64,000 bases of DNA from an uncultured Candidatus Rokubacteria bacterium (GTDB lineage: Bacteria; Methylomirabilota; Methylomirabilia; Rokubacteriales; CSP1-6). This document shows positions 16,290 to 26,188 of this stretch, piece after piece. Both the position numbers and the translations under genes were made by a program. The DNA is taken from NCBI GenBank assembly GCA_963747235.1, contig CAVVEU010000040.1:224001-288000 (forward strand). The letters run 5' to 3'. Each line of letters starts with the position of its first letter. Within the stretch, counting starts at the first letter, position 1. The notes under the pieces were generated by a model. That model was not told where the DNA came from and did no database searches. It worked only from the letters and a program-made list of their open reading frames with translations.

Positions 16290-19200
16290 CGTTGTCCTGG
16301 CGCTGTAGAATGCCCTCGATCAGGAGGAAGGGCTCGTTGACGAGGGCCAGCCGGTGGCGATGGAAGAGCGCGGGCCGCACGATGACGTTGACCAGGCCCG
16401 TCTCGTCCTCGAGGTTCAGGAACACGAAGCCCTTGGCGGTGCCGGGCCGCTGGCGCACCACCACCGCCCCCGCCACCTTCACCCACGCCCCGTGACGGAA
16501 GGCGGCCAGATCCGCCGCGCGCGACACACCCATCCGTAATAGCGCGCCGCGCCGGAAGGCCATCGGGTGCGGCCCGAGCGTGAGGCCGGTGCCCTCGTAG
16601 TCGGCGATCAGCCGCTCCTCCGCGCTCATCGGCCGTAGCGGCGAGGGCTCCCGCGGCGCGGGCAGGTCTTCGTAGAGCGCCCCCGCGGGGCGCCCCGCGC
16701 GCTCCGCCTCCCAGAGCGCGGCCCGCCGCTCCGGCTCGAGGCTCGCCAGCGCGCCGACCCGCGCGAGCTGGGCCAGCTCGTCGCGCCGCAGCGCGCCCCG
16801 CTTCACCACGTCCTCCACCGAGGCTGAAGGGCCGCCGCCGGCGCTCCGCCTCGAGACGCCGCCCCGCCTCTTCCCGCAGCCCGCGCACGTAGCGCAGCCC
16901 GAGCCGCACGACGCCGTCCGGCTCGATGGCGCAGAGCCAGCCCGAGAAGTTCACGTCGGCGGGCCGGATCCCCTGCCCGTGCCGGCCCGCGTCGCCGATG
17001 ATGGTGGCCGGATCGTAGAAGCCCATCGGCTGGTTGTTGAGCAGCGCCGCGTAGAACGCCGCCGGGTGATGCGCCTTGAGATACGCGCTCGCGTACGCCA
17101 GCAGGGCGAAGCTCGCCGCGTGGGAGTTGTGGACGATCAGGTCATTGGCCACGAAGTTGTGGTCGCCCTCCACGGTGAGGTCGTACGTCTCCCGCACTCC
17201 GACCGGCGCCACGCTCACCACCCGGTCCCAGTCAACGTCGGTCATCTCCGACGTCCGAGGCGCCGCGATGTGGTCGCCGGGGCGCAGGCTCCCGAGCGGC
17301 TGCCAGCCGTCGACGGTGAGCAAGGGATGCTCCGGCGTGGCCAGCAGCTCCCGGCCCAGCGCGGTGCGAAGGCGATGGACCATCCGAGGGCCGCTCGCGG
17401 TGGCCGCGAGCACCCGGCGCTTCCGGATCTTGAGATCCGCATCGCACGCGAAGGTGTGCGTGAGCGGCACGTTCCCCTTCACCACGTCCTCGATCTTCAC
17501 CCGGCGTCCGGTCTCCGCGTCGATGACGAGCGTCTCGCCCACCACGCACTCCGGGAAGCCGTACAAGGCGAAGGCGGTGATGGAGTGGATGATGGCCTCG
17601 GCGGCGGCGCCCGAGATGCCCTGGCGCGCCATGCCCGCGCGGAGCTTCACCTCCACCTCGCGCATGGCCCGCTCCGAGCGCTTGAAGCCGAAGGCGCGGC
17701 GCAGCTCCTCGGCCTCGCCGCCGGTGAAGCCGGCGGTGGCCATCGCCATGCGGAGTAGCTGCTCCTGGAAGAGCGGCACGCCGAGCGTGCGCTCCAGGAT
17801 GGGCTCGAGCGCGGGATGCGGCACCGTGATCGCCTCGCGGCCCGCGCGGCGGCGCAGGTAGGGATGCACCATGTCGCCCACGATGGGCCCGGGACGGATG
17901 ATGGCCACCTGCACGACCAGATCGTAGAAGCGCTCGGGGCGCAGGCGCGGCAGCGTCGCCATCTGGGCGCGGCTCTCCACCTGGAAGACGCCGATGGTGT
18001 CGGCCTGCTGGAGCATGGCGTAGACCTTGGGATCGTTCTGGGGGAGATGGGCCAGGTCCACCGCGCCGCCGCGGCGCCGGATCATCTCGAGCGCGTCCTG
18101 GAGCAGCGACATCATGCCGAGCCCCAGCAGATCCACCTTGACGATGCCGAGCGCGGCGCAGTCGTCCTTGTCCCACTGCACCACGCTGCGGCCGGGCATG
18201 GTGGCGGGCTCGAGCGGCACCACGCCGTCGAGGCGCCCCTGGGCGATCACCATGCCGCCCGAGTGCTGGCCCAGGTGCCGCGGCAGATCCTGGATGCCGC
18301 TCCAGAGCCGGGCGAAGTGCTGCATGCGCGGCTCGGCGGGATCGCAGCCGGCCTCGCCCAGGTGCGCGAGCAGGCTGTCGCCCGGATCCGTGTACTCCCA
18401 GTTGCTCACGAGCTGGGAGAGCCGCTCGATCGTGTCGGCGGGCAGGCCCAGGGTCTTGCCGACCTCCCGCGCCGCGCTGCGCCCGCGATAGGTGATGACG
18501 TTGGCGGTCATGGCCGCGCCGAGGCGCCCGTAGCGCTCGTAGACGTACTGGATCACCGTCTCGCGCCGGTCGCCGCTCGGCAGGTCGAGATCGATGTCGG
18601 GCCACTCGCCGCGCTCCTCGGAGAGGAAGCGCTCGAAGAGCAGCTCCATGCCGACCGGATCCACCGCGGTGAGGCCGAGCGCGTAGCACACCGCGCTGTT
18701 GGCCGCGGAGCCGCGCCCCTGCACCAGCACGTCGTGGGCACGGCAGTACTGGACCAGGTCCCAGACGATGAGGAAATAGCCCGCCAGGTCGAGGCGGCCG
18801 ATCAGGGCCAGCTCGTGCTCGATCTGCCGCCGCGCCTTCTCGGCGAGCGGGCCCGAGCCGTACCGGTCGCGGGCGCCCGCGTGGGCGAGCTCGCGCAGGA
18901 AGCCGATCGGCGTCTCGCCGCGGGGCAGCGGGTAGTCGGGGAAGCGATAGCCCAGGTCCTTCAAGGTGAAGCCGAGCCGCAGCGCCAGCTCGCCGGTATT
19001 GGCCACCGCTTCGGGGCAGTCCGCGAAGAGCCGCTCCATCACCCGGCCGCTCTTCATGAAGTGCTCGCTGTTGCGCGCGAGCAGGCGGCCCGCGGCCTCG
19101 AGCGTGGTGTGCTCGCGGATGCACGTGAGCACGTCGAGCAGCGGGCGGTCCCCGCGCGCGATCAGCCGGGGCTCGTTGGTGGCGAGCGGGGCCAGGCGGA

Positions 19201-19744
19201 GTCGCGCGGCCTCGCCGCGCAGCCACTCGTTGCGCGCTTCCTGCGGGCGGCTCAGGTGGCGCTGCAGCTCCGCGAAGACGTTGGAGCGGCCGTAGATGCC
19301 GACGAGCCGCTCGAGGCATTCGCGCCCGGCATCCGCGCCGGCGCGCGCGAGCGCGGCCGCCACCGGGCCGCGGCCGCTGCCGGTCAGGCAGACGAGGCCG
19401 CCCGAGAACTCGGCCAGCTCTTCGAACGTGGCGGCGCCTTCCCCCTTCGGCGCGCGCATCTTCACCCGGGTCAGCAGGCGGCAGAGGTTCTGGTATCCCT
19501 CGCGATCTTCCACCAGCAGCGGCAGCCGGCTGCCGTCGCCCAGCGTGATCTCCGCGCCCACCAGCGCCGAGAGGCCGAGCCGGGTGCAGGCGCGATAGAG
19601 CCGGGGCGCGCCGTAGACGCCGTCGGCGTCCAGCAGCGCGACGGCGGGCTGCTCGAGCCGCGCCGCGCGCTCGGCCAGCGCTTCGGGCAGCGCCGCCGCC
19701 TCGAGAAAGCTGAAGGCACTCCGGGCATGCAGCTCGACGAACAC
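16213..19744 (-). CDS. dnaE2: Error-prone DNA polymerase DnaE2 (ImuC) with an intein; one frameshift near 16820
   Basis: ELHARSAFSFL PHP start, GRGSAANSAVCY, PDIDLD, PRHLGQHSGG, QWDKDD, GVFQVESRAQ, LLNNQPMGFY, RQRPGTAKG, C-terminal SHDFH (DnaE2-specific SRDFH-type motif). Confidence 0.95.
17126..17548 (-). mobile_element. Mini-intein (141 aa, class 1, no homing endonuclease) in DnaE2
   Basis: In-frame insert between YGFPE and SHAASFA. Cys1 (CVVGETLV), block B TPEH, block F TYDLTVEGDHNF, terminal VHN, +1 Ser. Confidence 0.95.
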
Positions 19745-19764
19745 GGCCAGTCCTGCGAGGGACG

Positions 19765-21048
19765 CTAGTCGTAGATGCCTTCGAGGCGCCAGGCGGAGCC
19801 GTCATGCGCCAGGCGGCACAGCGTGCCGTCGGCCAGCTCCACGTCCCACTCGTCCTGCAGCCACGGCCGTGGGCTCCACCATTCGCCCGAGACGCGCCAC
19901 GGCCCCACCCCGGCGACGATGCGTCCCGTGAGGCGGCCCGAGCGCACCGCCACCGGCCGGCCGGAGGCGAGCGTCACCGACGCGGGCGCGGGCGGGCGGA
20001 GGCGGCGGAGGGCGAGGGCGGGGGCCTCGCCCCTCGTCTTCCTGCCCTCTCCCCTCAGGGGAGAGGGATAGGAGGCGAGGGCGACGGCGTCGGGGCGGTG
20101 GGTGTCGAGCAGCGCGGGGGCGCCGATGGCCTCGGCGCCCACGAGTGCCACCAGGCGATTTAATGTGGCGGTGAGCTGACGCGGAGCGGGGCGCGAGCGA
20201 TCGGTGAGCGACTCCTGCGCGGGCGCGAGCCGCACCGGGCGCGCGCGAAACGTGAGCGCTTCCACCACGCCGCGCGGCGGGCGCGCTTCGAGCGCCAGGC
20301 GGAGCAATCCTCCGACCGACCCGGCATCGGTGATCGGCACCGCGGGCGTGAGCGCGCCATCGTGAACGCGGCCGTCGCCGAGCCGGCAGGTCCACTCGAA
20401 GCTGTCCGCCGCGAGCCCGGCGGCGCCGAGGCGCGCGCAGACGCGGGCGGCCAGCTCGCGCAGGCGCTCCACCACCGGCTCGAGCGTCTCGAGCCCCCAC
20501 TCGCACGCGGCCGATTCCTCGAAGAGCGGCACGGGCCGCCACGAGACGAGCGGGCGCGGATCTTCCCCGCGGGCCAGTCGCTGGAGCCGGACGCCGTCGC
20601 CGCCGAGTCGCTCGAACAGCCCCGCGGTGGGCAGGGCGGCCAGCTCGCCGAGCGTGCGGAGCCCCCATCGCGACAGGCGCGTGGCCGTCTCCTCCGGCAG
20701 ATCGAGCAGCGAGAGCGGCGCCGGGGCGAGATAGGCGGCGTCGCCGCCCGGCGCGACGACCAGCACCCCGGGCCCCAGGCGCGCGGCGGCGAGCGCGGCG
20801 ATGCGGCTCTCCGCGATGCCCACGCGAATCTCCACGCTCGCCGACGCGGCGGCGGCGCGGAGCCGCGCGGCCAGACGTGGCTCGTCGCCGAAGAGCCCTT
20901 CGAGGCCGGACGCGTCGAGATAGAGCCGGCCGGCGCCGGCGTCCTCCACGCGGGGGGAATGCGCGAGCGCCACGCGTAGCAGCGCGGGCCGCGCGGGTTG
21001 ATTCCCCGCGGATTGATTCATGGTCAGCAGGCAGGCGATGCGGGTCAT
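19765..21048 (-). CDS. imuB: ImuB (inactive Y-family polymerase-like)
   Basis: SPRVE..YLDASGLEGLFGDE, LAPAPLSLL, WGLRTLGELAALP, LLDTHRPDA, GPWRVSGEWW..DEWDVEL..GIYD. Directly upstream of dnaE2. Confidence 0.88.
   Translation of the reverse strand: MTRIACLLTMNQSAGNQPARPALLRVALAHSPRVEDAGAGRLYLDASGLEGLFGDEPRLAARLRAAAASASVEIRVGIAESRIAALAAARLGPGVLVVAPGGDAAYLAPAPLSLLDLPEETATRLSRWGLRTLGELAALPTAGLFERLGGDGVRLQRLARGEDPRPLVSWRPVPLFEESAACEWGLETLEPVVERLRELAARVCARLGAAGLAADSFEWTCRLGDGRVHDGALTPAVPITDAGSVGGLLRLALEARPPRGVVEALTFRARPVRLAPAQESLTDRSRPAPRQLTATLNRLVALVGAEAIGAPALLDTHRPDAVALASYPSPLRGEGRKTRGEAPALALRRLRPPAPASVTLASGRPVAVRSGRLTGRIVAGVGPWRVSGEWWSPRPWLQDEWDVELADGTLCRLAHDGSAWRLEGIYD
20045..20067. repeat. 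REP/BoxC-like palindrome inside imuB
   Basis: CCCTCTCCCC-TCA-GGGGAGAGGG hairpin; same motif at 21116 and in 49694-49779. Confidence 0.75.
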
Positions 21049-21074
21049 AGCGTCCAGTCGAGCGTCCAGCAGCT

Positions 21075-21138
21075 CCCCTCACCTTAATCCCCTCACCCTT
21101 AATCCCCTCACCCTTCCCTCTCCCCAGAGGGGAGAGGG
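21075..21138. repeat. REP/BoxC-like element with a tandemly repeated CCCCTCACC(C)TTAAT arm
   Basis: CCCCTCACCTTAAT CCCCTCACCCTTAAT CCCCTCACCCTT CCCTCTCCCC AGA GGGGAGAGGG. Confidence 0.8.
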
Positions 21139-21714
21139 TATGGGGAAGGGCGGGAGCGGAAGATGGAGACCTCGGAGCGGAGGCCGGCCAGACGGGTGAG
21201 CGGGCGGAGCCCCATCCAGCGCGGCGCCGAGCCGCCGCGTGGCCAGGACCAGGGAGGCGGGGCTGCCCTCGCGATGGCGGGCGCTCCGGGTGATCAGGAT
21301 GGTGTCGCCGCCCTCCACCGCGCGCTGCAGCCGCAGATGGGCCGAGGCGGGCATGGGCCCGAGCTCGTCCAGGTCCAGCACGACCAGGGCGAATCCGGGG
21401 CAGCGGACCAGGAGATCGGCGGCGCTGAGCGCCACGCGGAGCCGGCCCCCGCACTTCACCCACAGCAGCGCGGAGAGATCGGCCCCGGCCGACGCGGCGG
21501 ACGCCGGGTCGAGCGCGTCCATCCCGTCCACGAAGGCCACCTGGCCGCCTGAAGTCGTGATCCGGGCGATGAGAGCCAGGAGCAGGCTGCTGCCTCCGGA
21601 GGATCGGGGACCGACGATCTCGCTGAGCCGGCCCGGTGGGAACAGACCGAGCAGGCCGTCGATCCCCTCGCGCTCCCATCCTGGCGGGGATGAGGACTCG
21701 ATCGGGATAGCCAT
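21079..21714 (-). CDS. imuA: ImuA (RecA/SulA-like), 3' end frameshifted or uncertain
   Basis: GIDGLLG..PPGRLSEIVGPRSSGGSSL (degenerate P-loop), VAFVDGMDALDPASA..AGADL..LLWV, ADLLV..GFALVVLD. First gene of the imuABC cassette. Confidence 0.8.
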   Translation of the reverse strand: MAIPIESSSPPGWEREGIDGLLGLFPPGRLSEIVGPRSSGGSSLLLALIARITTSGGQVAFVDGMDALDPASAASAGADLSALLWVKCGGRLRVALSAADLLVRCPGFALVVLDLDELGPMPASAHLRLQRAVEGGDTILITRSARHREGSPASLVLATRRLGAALDGAPPAHPSGRPPLRGLHLPLPPFPIPSPLWGEGRVRGLRVRGLR

Positions 21715-21739
21715 GAGGCTCTATAAGATGACCAGGCCG

Positions 21740-21762
21740 TATTACACATCACCTGTTTAGTA
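21740..21762. promoter_or_regulatory. Imperfect palindrome upstream of imuA, candidate LexA/SOS box
   Basis: TATTACACA-N5-TGTTTAGTA (7/9 symmetric) in an AT-rich patch 26 bp upstream of the imuA ATG. Confidence 0.45.
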
Positions 21763-21780
21763 TATGCAACCACAAAAAAA

Positions 21781-22224
21781 CTACACCTCCCCCACCCGGC
21801 CGAGCCCTCCGCGGACCAGCGCCACGTACGCCACCGCGTAGACGAGCACGCCCCACACGTACATCGCCCAGGTCACCGCCCAGATCGGCGAGCCCGCCGA
21901 CGTATCGCGTGAAGCCCTTCGTACGCGAAGATGCTCAGCGACACGCCCGCCGGGCCCCATCAGCAGCGCCGCGATGATCCGCGACGTGAGCCCTCGCGTG
22001 GTCGCCCACGGCGCCAGCAGCAATCCCGCCTGCGAGGCCAGCCCCATCACGCCGAAGATCGCCAGGCTGACCAGGTCGGTGCGCTCCGGCTCCACGCTGC
22101 GCCCGAAGCCGTACGCCGCGGCGGCGAAGGCGGTCGCGAGCGACAGCCCGGTGAGCCAGGTGGCCGCGAAGAAGACGACGAGCATGCCGGCGCGCTCAGC
22201 CAAGCCAGGGCGCTGCGACACCAT
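21781..22224 (-). CDS. Hypothetical membrane protein
   Basis: MVSQRPGLAERAGMLVVFFAATWL..., about four hydrophobic segments. Start overlaps the stop of the upstream lyase. Confidence 0.55.
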   Translation of the reverse strand: MVSQRPGLAERAGMLVVFFAATWLTGLSLATAFAAAAYGFGRSVEPERTDLVSLAIFGVMGLASQAGLLLAPWATTRGLTSRIIAALLMGPGGRVAEHLRVRRASRDTSAGSPIWAVTWAMYVWGVLVYAVAYVALVRGGLGRVGEV

Positions 22225-23087
22225 TACCGCCCCGCGAACTTCTCCTCGATGCCGTGCCACCAGTCGAAGCCCACGCGACGGAAGATGTCCATCGGGCCCA
22301 GCACCGGGCCGGGCTGCCAGTCGGTGCCGTGCTCCTTCAGGAACGCGAGCGACTTCTCCATCGCGGGCACCGCGGCGGCCATGCACACCGCCGGGAAGAT
22401 CACCATCTTGAAGCCGAGGCGCTCGAGCTCGGCGACCTTGATCGCGGGCGTCTTGCCGCCGATCACCATGTTGGCGAGTAGCGGCGCCTTGATCTCCCTG
22501 GCGACCCGGCGGATCTCGTCCTCGGTCTGCGGCGCCTCGAAGAAGATCAGGTCGGCGCCCGCCTGCGCGTAGCGGTTGCCGCGGTCGATCGCGTCCTCGA
22601 GCGAGGTCACCGCGCGGGCGTCGGTGCGCGCGATGATGACGAAGTCGGGATCGGTGCGGTACTCGGACGCGGCGCGGATCTTGTCGCAGAACTCCTCGGT
22701 CGGGATCACCTGCTTGCCCGCGATGTGCCCGCACTTCTTGGGCGCCACCTGGTCCTCGATGTGGAGCCCCGCCACCCCCGCCTTCTCGTACTCGCGCACG
22801 GTGCGCACCACGTTGAGCACGTTGCCGTACCCGGTGTCGGCGTCCGCGACCACCGGCAGCGAGACGCACGAGGCCAGATGCCCCGCGTGATTGGCCATCT
22901 CGGTGAGGGTGGCCAGACCCAGGTCGGGCTGGCCCAGGTGCGAGGCGGCGGTGCCCGCGCCGGTCATGTACACCGCCTGGAAGCCGGCCGCCTCGATCAG
23001 GCGCGCGGAGAAGCCGTCGTAGGCGCCCGGCGCGACGATGATCCCGGGGGCGTTGAGCAACTGGCGAAGACGCGTCGTGGCTCGCAT
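22224..23087 (-). CDS. Isocitrate lyase/PEP mutase family protein (PrpB/dimethylmalate lyase/oxaloacetate decarboxylase-like)
   Basis: APGAYD, YMTGAG, DADTGYG, HIEDQVAPKKCGH, IIARTDA, FFEAP, ANMVIGGKTP. Confidence 0.9.
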   Translation of the reverse strand: MRATTRLRQLLNAPGIIVAPGAYDGFSARLIEAAGFQAVYMTGAGTAASHLGQPDLGLATLTEMANHAGHLASCVSLPVVADADTGYGNVLNVVRTVREYEKAGVAGLHIEDQVAPKKCGHIAGKQVIPTEEFCDKIRAASEYRTDPDFVIIARTDARAVTSLEDAIDRGNRYAQAGADLIFFEAPQTEDEIRRVAREIKAPLLANMVIGGKTPAIKVAELERLGFKMVIFPAVCMAAAVPAMEKSLAFLKEHGTDWQPGPVLGPMDIFRRVGFDWWHGIEEKFAGR

Positions 23088-23267
23088 ACGGAAAACCTTT
23101 CCCGGGCGTTCGGCCCGACGGGGACGGCGTGGCGATCGGAGGCTCGGCGGCGAGGCCGATTGTCGGCCAGGGGCCTCGCGCTTGTCAAATGCGGCCGGTT
23201 CCCCTTGCCACCGGGGCAACAATGGTCCATGCGACGTCACCAACGATCCCAAGCGAGGGCCCGGTCC

Positions 23268-24296
23268 ATGCGACGGTTGACGCTAGCCTTTGTTCCGATG
23301 CTGATCCTCGTCCTCTCGCCGGTCGGCCCGGCCCGGGGCGACGAGGTGCTCTTCCTCAATGGCGACCGGCTGTCCGGCAAGATCCTCAAGGCGGCCGGCG
23401 GCAAGCTCACGATCAAGACCGAGGGCGCGGGCGACGTCTCGGTGGACATGTCGAAGGTGAAGACCTTCTCCACCGACGCGCCGGTCGCGGTCGGCGTCAA
23501 GGCGCAGCCGCCGGTGAGCGCGGACGTGGGCGCGGGGCCCGATCGCTACGTGCGGACCGCGCCCGCGCCCGGGGCGCCGCCGCAACCGGTGGCCATCGCC
23601 GACATCAGCGCGATCAATCCCACCCCGCCGGCGTGGACGGGATCGTTCTCCCTGAACGGGCTGCTCACCACCGGAAACTCGGAGACCGAGCAGCTCGGCT
23701 TCCGCGGCGCGCTGTCCAAGCGCTGGCCGCACGATCGCCTCACCTTCGGGGCCGAGTATTCCTACGGCCGGCAGGAGGACCCGAGCACCGGCGAGAAGTC
23801 CACCACGATCGACTACGCCATGGCGCTGGCGAAGTACGATCACTTCTTCACCAAGAAGTTCTACGGGTACCTCGGCACGAAGGCGGAGCGTGACAAGGTG
23901 GCGGAGCTGGAGCTGCGCCTGGCCCCGGGCGCCGGCGTCGGCTACCAGTGGTTCGAGGGCCCCGCCTTCAATCTCTCCAACGAGGCCGGCCTGGTATGGG
24001 TCTACGAGAACTACAAGCGGACCGGGTCGAGCGAGTTCTTCGGACCACGCCTGGCCTACTCGGTGGACTGGACCCCGATCCAGCCCCTCATGCTCTACCA
24101 CAAGCTCGAGTACATGCCGAGCTTCGAGGACCTGGGCGGCGACTACCTGCTCAACATCGACGCGGGGGCGCGCTTGATGGTGTGGAGGGGATTCTTCGCC
24201 GAGCTGCGCTACGAGTTCCGCTACGACTCGACACCGGCCTCCGGCCGCCAGCGGACGGACCAGCGCTACATCCTGGGCGCGGGCTGGAACTTCTGA
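23268..24296 (+). CDS. DUF481 outer-membrane beta-barrel protein
   Basis: Signal peptide, DEVLFLNGDRLSG, TGNSET, G.GVGYQW, C-terminal GAGWNF (terminal Phe). Confidence 0.8.
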   Translation: MRRLTLAFVPMLILVLSPVGPARGDEVLFLNGDRLSGKILKAAGGKLTIKTEGAGDVSVDMSKVKTFSTDAPVAVGVKAQPPVSADVGAGPDRYVRTAPAPGAPPQPVAIADISAINPTPPAWTGSFSLNGLLTTGNSETEQLGFRGALSKRWPHDRLTFGAEYSYGRQEDPSTGEKSTTIDYAMALAKYDHFFTKKFYGYLGTKAERDKVAELELRLAPGAGVGYQWFEGPAFNLSNEAGLVWVYENYKRTGSSEFFGPRLAYSVDWTPIQPLMLYHKLEYMPSFEDLGGDYLLNIDAGARLMVWRGFFAELRYEFRYDSTPASGRQRTDQRYILGAGWNF

Positions 24297-24305
24297 CCGC
24301 GGCGG

Positions 24306-25206
24306 CTACTCGGGCAATCCTTCGACCGCGTACATCCCGAGGGTGAGCGGGCTCGGGGCGCCCCACTGGCCGAACCACCGGCGGTAGATGTCGAGCACCT
24401 GGCCGGTGCGGTAGAGCCGAGCCAGCGTCCGGTTGACCGCGAGGCGGAACTCGGGATCCCCGCGCCTCAGCATGAGCGCGTACGGCTCGTACGAGAGATA
24501 GCGGTCGAGCAGCGCGAACTGCCGCGGGTTGCTCGCGCTCGTCACCAGGCCCATCAGGATCGCGCGGTCGGTGGCGTACACCTCGGCGCGCCGGTCCACC
24601 ACCGCGGCCAGCCCGTCGGCGTGATCCTGCACCGGGACCAGCTTCGCGTCGGCGGCGGTGGCGCCCATGCTCGCGATCGCGTTCTTGACCATCTGCTCGG
24701 TGGTGGTGCCCGGGATCACCGCGATCCGGATCGCGCCGAGCTGGTCGCCCACGTTCGTTCCGGCGAGGGCGAGCAGGCTCGCCCCGGTGATGAAGGTGGT
24801 CAGGCTGAAGTCCACCCGCTCCTGGCGCGACAGGGTATTGGTCGTGGACCCGCACTCGAGATCGATCGTGCCGTCCACGAGGGCCCGCACGCGCGTCTCG
24901 ACGCTCACCGGCACCCAGCGGGCCTGGAGGTCCGGCAGCTTGAGCTCGCTCCGCAGATCCTCGACCACGCGCGTGCAGAGGTCCACCGAGTAGCCCATCG
25001 GGCTCCTTGGTGGGACCGACGTACGAGAAGGGAACCGACGAGTCGCGATAGCCGAGCGCGATCGTCTTCGTCGCCCGGATCTTCTCGAGCGTCCCCTCGA
25101 GGGGACCCGGCGGAGCAGCACTCGGCCTCGTGGACGCGCAACCGGCCGTCGCCACCACCCCGCCCAGCGCGAGCGCCACCAGGAGTCTTCTCACGGGGGC
25201 GAGCAT
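24306..25206 (-). CDS. Amino-acid ABC substrate-binding lipoprotein (GltI-like), frameshifted
   Basis: Lipobox-like TAGC, TLEKIRATKTIALGYRDSSVPFSY, GYSVDLC, IDLECGSTTNTLSR, LSYEPYALM. Confidence 0.85.
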
Positions 25207-25285
25207 CGACCCGAACCCGCGTCGCCGTCAAGCGGCTCCTTGTTGTACAATCCGCACGGGCCGTTACCCGGATCGGAGCCGAGCC

Positions 25286-26188
25286 ATGCCGTTTGCCGAC
25301 GTCGGCGGAGTCAAGCTGTTCTACGAGGAGACGGGACAGGGCGCGCCCCTGATCTTCGTCCACGAGTTCGCGGGCGACTACCAGAGCTGGCACCTCCAGG
25401 TGCGGTTCTTCGCCCGGCGCTATCGCACCATCGCCTACAACGCGCGCGGCTATCCGCCCTCGGACGTGCCGGACAAGCCGGAGGCGTACTCCCAGGACCG
25501 CGCCGCCGATGACATTTTGGGAATCCTGGATCACCTGAAGATCCCGAAGGCCCACATCTGCGGGCTGTCGATGGGCGGCTACGCGGTGCTCCACTTCGGC
25601 CTCCGACATCCGGGGCGCGCGCTCTCGCTGACGGTGGCGGGCGCGGGCTACGGCAGCGTGCCGGGCGAGCGCGAGCGGTTCCGGAAGGACGTGGACGAGA
25701 CCGCGCGGCGCTTCGACACCGAGGGCATGGTGGGCGTGGCGTCTTTCTACACCAAGGGCCCCACCCGCGTGCAGTTCATGGACAAGGACCCGAAGGGCTG
25801 GCAGGAGTTCTACGACCAGTTCGTCGCGCAGTCCGCGAAGGGCCACGCGCTCACCATGCGCGGGGTGCAGATGTCGCGGCCGTCCATCTTCGAGCTGGAG
25901 GCCGCGATGGAGAAGCTCGAGGTGCCGACCCTGATCGTGACCGGCGACGAGGACGATCCCTGCCTCGAGCCCGGCATCTTCATGAAGCGCAAGATCCGCT
26001 CGTCGGGCCTCGTGGTCATGCCGAAGGCCGGGCATACGATCAATCTCGAGGATCCGGAGGTCTTCAACCGGGCGCTGCTCGATTTCCTCACCGCGGTGGA
26101 CGCCGGCCGCTGGCCGCTCCGGAACCCGCAATCGCAGACCGGCTCGGCGATCATGCCGGCCCAGCCGAAGCCAGGAGGATCGCGATGA
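25286..26188 (+). CDS. Alpha/beta fold hydrolase
   Basis: [24 protein letters not shown] nucleophile elbow, GDEDD, GHTINLE. Confidence 0.9.
   Translation: MPFADVGGVKLFYEETGQGAPLIFVHEFAGDYQSWHLQVRFFARRYRTIAYNARGYPPSDVPDKPEAYSQDRAADDILGILDHLKIPKAHICGLSMGGYAVLHFGLRHPGRALSLTVAGAGYGSVPGERERFRKDVDETARRFDTEGMVGVASFYTKGPTRVQFMDKDPKGWQEFYDQFVAQSAKGHALTMRGVQMSRPSIFELEAAMEKLEVPTLIVTGDEDDPCLEPGIFMKRKIRSSGLVVMPKAGHTINLEDPEVFNRALLDFLTAVDAGRWPLRNPQSQTGSAIMPAQPKPGGSR

Noticed and set aside
16800-16840. Programmed frameshift or split dnaE2
   Set aside because: No slippery sequence is evident, and the indel is like dozens of others in the window.
22224-23087. PEP mutase indicating phosphonate biosynthesis (with the Ppd-like decarboxylase and PhnW)
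   Set aside because: The catalytic loop is EDQVAPKKCGH (lyase type), not the PepM EDKxxxxxNS motif.
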